From the NCBI GenBank assembly GCA_031459535.1, contig JAVKIJ010000049.1, positions 1 to 22,973 of the forward strand: DNA of 22,973 bases, read 5' to 3'. The notes beneath the pieces were generated by a model. That model was not told the origin of the DNA, ran no database searches, and worked only from the letters and a program-made list of their open reading frames with translations. Position numbers and translations under genes: made by a program. This document shows, one piece after another, positions 16,553 through 22,973 of the stretch (position 1 is its first letter; every line of letters starts with the position of its first letter). Origin of the DNA: Candidatus Fervidifonticultor quintus (GTDB lineage Bacteria; Sysuimicrobiota; Sysuimicrobiia; Sysuimicrobiales; Humicultoraceae).

Positions 16553-17455
16553 GTGCGCGCGATCGAGGTCCTGAAGACGTTCTTCTCGCAGTCCCCGGAA
16601 GTGGCGGCTGTGTACCTGTACGGGCGGTACGGCAGTGGGCCCAGCTATCCCGACACCGATATCGAGCTGGGCCTGGTCTTCCCCGAGGGCACCGGAGAGG
16701 ACGACATCCGAGACTATCTGGAGCGCATCTCCGAGGCCAGCCCGCTGGGCAACGAACCCGGCATCCTCATGCCCTTCGCCCTCAACACCCACATCCTGCC
16801 GGTGGTGCACGAGGTCCTCTCGGGGGGGACGCTGCTGGTCGACACCGATACGCGGGCGCGCATCGCCTTCGTCGAGGCCGCGCGCGCCCGCATCGAAGCG
16901 GCGCGCGTCGGTCTGCTCGACGACGCCCGCGAGACCATCAACCAGGCGCGATCGCTGGGTCTGGCCACATCGGCGGTGTCTGGCTACGTGCTCCCGCAGC
17001 CGCCGCGGTCACTGGATCCCATCAGGATCGGGTGGAGGCTGGGTCGGGTGCTGGCATCGGTGGCAGTCCTGGAGGCAGCCACCCGCGATGCCGAGGCGCT
17101 GGCGCGCGACGCCGACCGCCTGGGTCAGGCCATCGGGTGGTTCAGCAACGCCGTTGGGGCCGCCACGGGCATTACCAAGGCCATGCTGAGCATGTTCGAG
17201 ATGGAGCGGCCTCCGCGGCGCTGGCAGGTGTTCATCCCGCTGGCAGACGCCGGGTTGATTCCCATGGACCTGGCACTGGCCCTGGCCGCGCTGGTGGAGC
17301 TGCGGTGGCAGTTGCTCGGGGCCAGCGGGCTGGTGGCCGCAGAGCGAATCGTGGTGGGCATGCGCGGAGGGCTGCCGTACCTGGTCATGTTCGCCCGGCT
17401 GGCGGCCTGGTACTGTGAGGTGCCCGGCGGCCGGGGCGATGCAAAGGTACACTGA
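16553..17455 (+). CDS. Fusion of a minimal nucleotidyltransferase (MntA-like) domain and a HEPN/DUF86 (HepT-like) domain, both with degenerate catalytic motifs
   Basis: N-terminal 'VAAVYLYGRYGSGPSYPDTDIELGLVF...LN...EVLSGGTLLVDTD..AR.AF' follows the MntA pattern. C-terminal 'P...QVF..LADAGLIP.DLA.AL..LVELRWQLLGAS..V..ERI' follows the DUF86 pattern. Intact 300-aa ORF with strong RBS. Confidence 0.72.
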   Translation: MRAIEVLKTFFSQSPEVAAVYLYGRYGSGPSYPDTDIELGLVFPEGTGEDDIRDYLERISEASPLGNEPGILMPFALNTHILPVVHEVLSGGTLLVDTDTRARIAFVEAARARIEAARVGLLDDARETINQARSLGLATSAVSGYVLPQPPRSLDPIRIGWRLGRVLASVAVLEAATRDAEALARDADRLGQAIGWFSNAVGAATGITKAMLSMFEMERPPRRWQVFIPLADAGLIPMDLALALAALVELRWQLLGASGLVAAERIVVGMRGGLPYLVMFARLAAWYCEVPGGRGDAKVH

Positions 17456-17502
17456 GACGCCGGCTCCGCCTCCGGTGCCGGCAAGATGTGGGGGGACGGG
17501 AT

Positions 17503-17784
17503 GTGAGTGACCCGGTGCGCGTGGAGATTCAGCCGACGCCCAACGTGAACGCGCTCAAGTTCCTGGTCAACCGCAGGCTGACCGAGGGCCGCAGCCAGAC
17601 GTTCCGGTCAGCCGAGGATGCGGCCGCCCATCCGCTGGCCGCCCGGTTGTTTGCGATCCCCGGCGTGGTGCAGGTGTTCGTGCTCAACGACTTCGTCACG
17701 GTCACCCGGGAGCCGGGGGCGGCCTGGGACACCATCGCCGGCGCAGCGGAGACGGCGATACGGGAACACCTGGGCGGCAGCTAG
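17503..17784 (+). CDS. Stand-alone Nfu/NifU N-terminal (scaffold) domain protein
   Basis: 'IQPTPNVNALKF', 'PLAARLFAIPGVVQVFVLNDFVTVTR...W' is the Nfu_N pattern; no Cys and no NifU C-terminal domain. GTG 17503 behind GGGGGA (GTG 17488 is an alternative). Confidence 0.88.
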   Translation: MSDPVRVEIQPTPNVNALKFLVNRRLTEGRSQTFRSAEDAAAHPLAARLFAIPGVVQVFVLNDFVTVTREPGAAWDTIAGAAETAIREHLGGS

Positions 17785-19034
17785 GCCTGCGGCGGGCTGG
17801 CCACCAGCCACACCGGGTTCTCGAGTAGCCGCTTCACCTCGCCCAGGAACTTCGCCACCTCGGCGCCGTCGGTCACGCGGTGATCAGCGGAGACCGTGGC
17901 CTGCATGGTTGTCGCCACCACCACGGTGCCGTCGCGCACCACGGGACGGGGTGAGGCGGCGCCCACCGCCAGGATGGCCGCCTGCGGTGGATTGATGATG
18001 GCCGAGAAGACCTCCACGCCATACATCCCCAGGTTGCTGATGGTGAAGGTACCGCCGGTCAGATCCTCAGGCCGCAGCCGTCCGGTCCGGGCACGTTCGG
18101 CCAGGGTCCTGCTGTCCGTTGCGATCTCCCACAGCGACTTGCGGTCGCAGTGGTAGAGCGTCGGCGCGATCAGTCCTTCGGGGAGCGCGACGCCGATGTT
18201 GATGTTGATCTCGGTGTTGTAGCGGATGGCCTCACCGGTGAAGGACGCGTTCAGCGCCGGGAACTTGGTCAGCGCCAGGGCCGCCGCCCGCACCACCATG
18301 TCGTTGATGGAGATCCTGGCCGCCTCCGGCTGACCCTCGTTGAGCTGCTTGCGCAGCGCCAGGGCCGCGTCCATGGTAATGGTCATGGCGATGTAGATGT
18401 GGGGCACCCGCTGTTTGCTCTCCGTCATGCGGCGGGCGATGGTCTGGCGCATGCGGGTCAGCGGTACGTCCGCGGGCGGGGCGGCAGCGGTGGGGGGCCC
18501 CACCGGTGCCCGGGCCGCCGGAACCGGCGGGCGGGACGCCGCGGCGATGGCGGCTTCCACGTCCTCCTTCGTGATGCGTCCCTCGGGTCCGGTCCCGGCA
18601 ATCGAGGCCAGCGAGATGCCATGCTGTGCCGCCAGCCGGCGCGCCAGCGGCGATGCGCGGACCGCCCCGGGCGGGGCAGGGGTGGCTGGTCCCCTGGCGA
18701 GGGTCGACGCCGGCTCGGGCGTGTCCTCAGGAACGGCCGGAGCGGCCGGACGTGGCGCCTGCATCGGTGGCGGCGTGGCCGCGCGATCTGGCGTCGCGCC
18801 GGACGCATCCAGGACGGCGATCGGTGCGCCCACAGGCGCGACCTCGCCGGCGCCGACCAGGATCCGGGCCACAACGCCGTCCCACTCGGCCTCCAGGTCT
18901 ACGTTCACCTTGTCGGTCTCGATCTCGGCGATCGGCTCGCCCTTGCGGACCGCCTCACCTGGCTGCTTCATCCATCGGACGATGCGGCCTTCGGTCATGG
19001 CATCGCCCATCTTGGGCATGATGATCTCAGGCAT
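17781..19034 (-). CDS. pdhC: Dihydrolipoamide acetyltransferase (2-oxoacid/pyruvate dehydrogenase E2), one lipoyl domain
   Basis: Start 'MPEIIMPKMGDAMTEG', lipoyl-Lys motif 'IETDKV', E3-binding 'RASPLARRLA...GTGPEGRITKEDV', catalytic 'TFTISNLG' and 'DHRVTDG'. ATG 19034 overlaps the pdhB end. Confidence 0.95.
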   Translation of the reverse strand: MPEIIMPKMGDAMTEGRIVRWMKQPGEAVRKGEPIAEIETDKVNVDLEAEWDGVVARILVGAGEVAPVGAPIAVLDASGATPDRAATPPPMQAPRPAAPAVPEDTPEPASTLARGPATPAPPGAVRASPLARRLAAQHGISLASIAGTGPEGRITKEDVEAAIAAASRPPVPAARAPVGPPTAAAPPADVPLTRMRQTIARRMTESKQRVPHIYIAMTITMDAALALRKQLNEGQPEAARISINDMVVRAAALALTKFPALNASFTGEAIRYNTEININIGVALPEGLIAPTLYHCDRKSLWEIATDSRTLAERARTGRLRPEDLTGGTFTISNLGMYGVEVFSAIINPPQAAILAVGAASPRPVVRDGTVVVATTMQATVSADHRVTDGAEVAKFLGEVKRLLENPVWLVASPPQA

Positions 19035-20037
19035 GGCGCGGTTCGCCCCCTGCGGCTGGTTCCCTGTAGAGCGTGCGCCGTGCCGCCCGTACGATGTCTT
19101 CCACGTTGGGGAGCGCCAGCAGTTCCAGGTTGCGCGCATACGGCATGGGCACGTCCGCGCCCGCCACCCGCTCCACCGGCGCGTCCAACAGGTCGAACGC
19201 GCCTTCGCTGATCGTGGTCGCGAGCTCGGCACCGGCACCGAAAAGCCGCCATTGCTCCTGCACGACCACCGCCCGGTGGGTTCGGCTGGCCGATGCGACG
19301 AGCGTGTGTCGGTCGAGCGGCCGCAGGGTTCGCAGGTTGATGACTTCGGCGTCGATGCCTTCCGCCGCCAGGTGCTCCGCCGCCTCCAGCGCCACATGCA
19401 GCATCCGGCCGTAGGCGACGATGGTGACATCGCGGCCCGGGCGTGCCACCTCGGCCTGACCGAAGGGGATGGCGAAGTCGCCGTCTGGAACCTCGCCCTT
19501 GAGGCTGTAGAGCGCGGCGTGCTCCAGGAAGATGACCGGGTCCTTGCCGCGCAGGGCGGTGCGCAGCAGACCTTTCGCCTCGGCCGGGGTGGCCGGCACC
19601 ACCACTCGCAGGCCCGGCACGTGGGCGTAGATCGCCTCCAGGCTCTGGGAGTGCTGCGCCGAGAGCTGCACGCCCGCGCCGTTGGGTCCGCGGATCACCA
19701 GGGGCACGTCCACCTGGCCTCCCGAAAAGTAGCGGATCTTTGCGGCGTTGTTGACGATCTGGTCGTATGCCAGCAGGGAGAAGTTCCAGGTCATCATCTC
19801 GACCACGGGCCGCAACCCCAGCATGGCCATCCCGATGGCGGCGCCAACGAATCCCAGTTCGGAGATGGGCGTGTCAATGACCCGGGTGGGGCCGTAGCGA
19901 TTTAGCAGATCGGCGGTGATCCGGAAGGTGCCTTGATACTGGCCGATGTCTTCCCCGAGGAGCACCACGGTGGGGTCCCGATCCATCTCTTCGATCAGGG
20001 TCGAGCGGATGGCGTCGCGAAAAGATAGTTCGGGCAT
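19027..20037 (-). CDS. pdhB: Pyruvate dehydrogenase E1 beta subunit
   Basis: 'LGEDIG', 'DTPISELGFVG', 'GLRPVVEMM', 'SAQHSQS', 'DPVIFLEH', 'INLRTLRPLD', 'DVPMPYA'. Confidence 0.95.
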   Translation of the reverse strand: MPELSFRDAIRSTLIEEMDRDPTVVLLGEDIGQYQGTFRITADLLNRYGPTRVIDTPISELGFVGAAIGMAMLGLRPVVEMMTWNFSLLAYDQIVNNAAKIRYFSGGQVDVPLVIRGPNGAGVQLSAQHSQSLEAIYAHVPGLRVVVPATPAEAKGLLRTALRGKDPVIFLEHAALYSLKGEVPDGDFAIPFGQAEVARPGRDVTIVAYGRMLHVALEAAEHLAAEGIDAEVINLRTLRPLDRHTLVASASRTHRAVVVQEQWRLFGAGAELATTISEGAFDLLDAPVERVAGADVPMPYARNLELLALPNVEDIVRAARRTLYREPAAGGEPRHA

Positions 20038-20040
20038 GCC

Positions 20041-21087
20041 TTAGACTCCGTTCCCGTAGACGTCGGTGTACAGATGCTCGGGCGGCGGTGGCGGACTCTC
20101 CTCGGCGAAGCGCACCGCCTCGGCCACGACGCCCTCGGCCTCCTCGCGGATGGCGGCCACACGGGCATCGTCCAGCAGTCCCACCTCGCGCAGGCGAGCT
20201 TCGAGGACCCGGATCGGGTCCCGGCCGCGCGCGGCGTCCACGTCGTCTTTGGTCCGGTAGGGCTGAAACACGTCGGCCGCGCCGTGCCCGGAGAAGCGAT
20301 AGGTCAAGGCCTCCACAGCCCTCGGGGCCCCCGTGGCGCGCGCTTCGGCGATCACCCTGCGGGCCGCTGCCCGCACAGCAAAGAAGTCCATGCCGTCGAT
20401 GCGTTCCGCCGGGATCCCGTAGGATCCAAAGCGCGACGCCAAGTCGGTCACCGCCGACGACCGGGCGACGGGCGTCCCCATGGCGAACTGGTTGTTCTCG
20501 ACGATCACGACCAGGGGACACAGACCCCGCTGGCCCCAGAGCCCGGCCATGTTCATAGGTTCATGGAAGGCGCCGTTGTTGATGGCTCCGTCGCCCATGA
20601 AGCACAGGCACACCTGATCGCCGCCCCGATAGCGGAGAGCGTACGCGGCCCCCACCGCCAGGGGGATGTGGCCTCCCACGATCCCATAGCCGCCGTAGAA
20701 CCCTCGGGAGACGTCAAAGATGTGCATCGACCCACCCTTGCCGCGCGCGACCCCGGTGACCCTGCCGAAGAGTTCGGCCATCACGGCGCCGGGCGGCGAT
20801 CCGCGAAACAACGCATGGGCGTGGTCGCGGTAGGCGGTGAAGAAGATGTCGTCGGGTCGAATCTCGGCGAGAAACCCCGCGGCGACGGCTTCCTGGCCCG
20901 AGTACACATGGAGGTAACCGCCGATCTTCCCCCGTCGGAACGCGCGTTCGGTCTCTTCTTCGAACCGGCGGGCGATCACCATCTGGCGATACCACGACAG
21001 CGCGTCCTGCAGATCCGGCCCGTCACGCGACGTCGTGGCCACCGCGGCGGCCTTCTTCTCGTTCGTGCGAAACGTGCGGTCACCCAT
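20041..21087 (-). CDS. pdhA: Pyruvate dehydrogenase E1 alpha subunit
   Basis: 'GKIGGYLHVYSGQEA', 'YRDHAH', 'GKGGSMH', TPP motif 'GDGAINNGAFHE...ENN', 'TYRFSGH'. Start uncertain; ATG 21087 with GGGGAG 11 nt upstream chosen. Confidence 0.95.
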   Translation of the reverse strand: MGDRTFRTNEKKAAAVATTSRDGPDLQDALSWYRQMVIARRFEEETERAFRRGKIGGYLHVYSGQEAVAAGFLAEIRPDDIFFTAYRDHAHALFRGSPPGAVMAELFGRVTGVARGKGGSMHIFDVSRGFYGGYGIVGGHIPLAVGAAYALRYRGGDQVCLCFMGDGAINNGAFHEPMNMAGLWGQRGLCPLVVIVENNQFAMGTPVARSSAVTDLASRFGSYGIPAERIDGMDFFAVRAAARRVIAEARATGAPRAVEALTYRFSGHGAADVFQPYRTKDDVDAARGRDPIRVLEARLREVGLLDDARVAAIREEAEGVVAEAVRFAEESPPPPPEHLYTDVYGNGV

Positions 21088-21136
21088 GCGCGAGGTCACT
21101 CCCCTGAGTGGAAACCGGCACCGGCATTTCCTATCT

Positions 21137-21145
21137 ACTATACCA
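21137..21145 (-). promoter_or_regulatory. Putative extended -10 promoter of pdhABC
   Basis: Minus strand reads TGGTATAGT (TGn plus TATAGT) in an AT-rich patch about 50 nt upstream of pdhA; no recognisable -35. Confidence 0.55.
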
Positions 21146-21207
21146 AAAGCCGTCCAAGCCGGATGGGACTTCGTGTCCGAGGTCGGCGTCGCGCCCGCGT
21201 CTGGGTT

Positions 21208-21870
21208 CTACGAGGCGTGAGGATCTCGTGGGGCCGCAGGCGGCGCGGGCGACAGCAGCCCTCCGGCAATGAGCTTCGTCACCGCCGCGAGGCGTGTCCG
21301 TACACCTAACTTGTGCATGACCTTTGCGGCCCGGCTCCGCACCGTGGCCGGACTGATCGAGAGCGCGGCCGCGATCTCGCGCGTGCCCGCGCCGGCCGCG
21401 ACGTAACGGAACACGGTCAGTTCCTCGGCCGTGACCGCGCCCTCGCCGTTCGACCGCCAGGCGGCGCGGCAGTCCGCCACGAGATGGCGCATGCTGACCG
21501 GGTCGAACGCATACTCGCCGGCCGCCACCCGCGCCACGACGTCGAGCAGCCCCTCGACGTGCGCGCCGTCGTACACGCAGAAGCCCTTGATGCCGGCCAG
21601 CACCCCGGCCTGCAGCGCAGCCGCGTCATCGGTGTGCGAGATCACGACCACCCGCGCCGCCGTATGGTCGAGCAGCGTCCGGAGCCCGGCGAGCCCCTGC
21701 GGGGTGTTCTCGACGAGCACGAGCGCCGGCCGCTGGTCCAGCAGCCCGGCCGCGTCCGGCAGCGACCCCACCGTGACCACCGATCGCGCGTGGAGCCGCT
21801 GCTGCACGAGCGCGCGCAGCCCGGCACGGACGATGGGATCGTGATGCACGATCACAACGCGGCACTCCAT
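21208..21870 (-). CDS. NarL/FixJ-family response regulator with LuxR HTH and an atypical (pseudo-)receiver domain
   Basis: Receiver-like N-terminus 'RVVIVHHDPIVRAGLRALV', C-terminal 'VTAEELTVFRYVAAGAGTREIAAALSISPATVRSRAAKVMHKLGVRTR'. Confidence 0.88.
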   Translation of the reverse strand: MECRVVIVHHDPIVRAGLRALVQQRLHARSVVTVGSLPDAAGLLDQRPALVLVENTPQGLAGLRTLLDHTAARVVVISHTDDAAALQAGVLAGIKGFCVYDGAHVEGLLDVVARVAAGEYAFDPVSMRHLVADCRAAWRSNGEGAVTAEELTVFRYVAAGAGTREIAAALSISPATVRSRAAKVMHKLGVRTRLAAVTKLIAGGLLSPAPPAAPRDPHAS

Positions 21871-21903
21871 GGGTCACATCCACAACGCCTCAATCAGACC
21901 GCA

Positions 21904-22973
21904 CTACGGAGCCGGCTGCGGGGTGGGCAGGATGCGTGGGGTGACGGTGATGACCAGTTCGGTGCGGCGCTGCTCCCGGCGTTCCGACCGGAACAGCCGG
22001 CCGAAGAACGGCAGGTCGCCCAGCCCCGGGATCTTGGACAGACTCACGATGTCGCGCTCTTCGAGCAGGCCGCCGAGTACAATCGTCTCGCCGCTGCGCA
22101 CCAGCAGCATCGTCTGGACCTCGCGGGTGCTGATCTGCGGGGCGCCCTGCGGGGTGGTGCCGGTGATCGTGCTGACCACCGGCTTCAGCATGGCAGTGAT
22201 CAGGCTGTCGCCGGTGATCTTGGGCAGGATCTCCAGGGTCACGCCAGCCCGGAAGGTGATGACCGTCTCTAAGATCGTACTCCCGAAGATCTGGCGGGTG
22301 ACGAGGGGGATGTCGTCGCCGGTGCGGATGAGGGCCTTGCGGCCATCGAGGGTGGCCACGGTGGGGTTGGCCAGGATCTTCGCCTGGCCGCGTTCGACCA
22401 GCAGGTTGAGAATGACCGTGATGCTCAGCGGCGTGCGGCCGAAGGTAAACGACGCATTGTTCGGGTCCTGCTCGGTGATTGTCGTCCCCGTAATGGGCGA
22501 GAGCGACAGGCCCAGGTTCTGCAGGGCGGTCGCTGCGACCTCGACCACCCGCACCTCCAGGGCCACCTGGGGACTCGGCCGGTCGAGTTGGGCGACCAGA
22601 TCGCGCGCGGCGGCCAGGGCCGGCGGCGTGCCGGTGACGATGAGGGCCTGCAGGCGCTTCTCGACGGTGACGCGCAGGTCGGGGTAGATGGGCTGGAGGG
22701 CGGTCTGCACGGTCTGGGCCAGTTCATCGGCGGTGCGGCTCGTGGCCGGTTCGGTGACGAACTCGCTGGGGATGGCGTAGCGCAGCGGCAGCACCTCGAC
22801 CTGCAGCTGGGCGGGCGAGGGCGCCTGTGCGGTATCCAGCGTGGCCACGATGGCCTTCGCCCGCTCGACGTCGGCCCGCAGCCCCTGGACGATCAGCGCG
22901 CCGAGCGTGCGGTCAGAGGTGACCGTCACGCCGGGCAGGGCCTGGCGCAACGCACCCGCCAGCGCCTCAGGAT
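21904..22973 (-). CDS. Secretin (GspD/PilQ family outer-membrane channel), 5'-truncated by the window edge
   Basis: N-domain repeats ('LIVTGTP..LAAARDLVAQLDRPSPQVALEVRVVEV'), 'AKILANPTVATLDGRKALIRTGDDIP', 'GVTLEILPKI', 'GETIVLGGL', 'KIPGLGDLPFFGRLFRS', 'TELVITVTPRI'. Frame is open to the window end. Confidence 0.93.
   Translation of the reverse strand, partial: PEALAGALRQALPGVTVTSDRTLGALIVQGLRADVERAKAIVATLDTAQAPSPAQLQVEVLPLRYAIPSEFVTEPATSRTADELAQTVQTALQPIYPDLRVTVEKRLQALIVTGTPPALAAARDLVAQLDRPSPQVALEVRVVEVAATALQNLGLSLSPITGTTITEQDPNNASFTFGRTPLSITVILNLLVERGQAKILANPTVATLDGRKALIRTGDDIPLVTRQIFGSTILETVITFRAGVTLEILPKITGDSLITAMLKPVVSTITGTTPQGAPQISTREVQTMLLVRSGETIVLGGLLEERDIVSLSKIPGLGDLPFFGRLFRSERREQRRTELVITVTPRILPTPQPAP

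Noticed and set aside
19035-19430. Apparent 132-aa N-terminal extension of E2 in the ORF track
   Set aside because: It overlaps pdhB in another frame; the lipoyl domain begins at ATG 19034.

Overview
High-GC (roughly 70% by eye) bacterial chromosomal window, densely coding and mostly housekeeping, with no rRNA, tRNA, CRISPR array or mobile element recognised. Left to right it holds: two convergent TPR-repeat genes (one with an N-terminal XRE HTH, RRNPP-like); a hom-thrC-ask operon whose aspartokinase has an internal in-frame beta-subunit start; an orphan SigB/F/G-type sigma factor; acetyl-CoA synthetase; a doubly disrupted amidase pseudogene; a fused heme A/heme O synthase (CtaA-CtaB) leading a CoxMNOPQ-like A1-type cytochrome c oxidase operon; a fused MNT-HEPN protein plus a stand-alone Nfu N-terminal domain protein; pdhA-pdhB-pdhC without E3; an atypical NarL/LuxR response regulator; and the 3' part of a secretin. 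The two most unusual elements are (i) the single-chain MntA/HepT-like (type VII toxin-antitoxin-derived) protein in which both catalytic motifs are substituted although the ORF, promoter and RBS look intact, and (ii) a ~65-aa predicted beta-barrel domain fused to the N-terminus of oxidase subunit I. All family calls come from motif recognition by eye; no searches were run.
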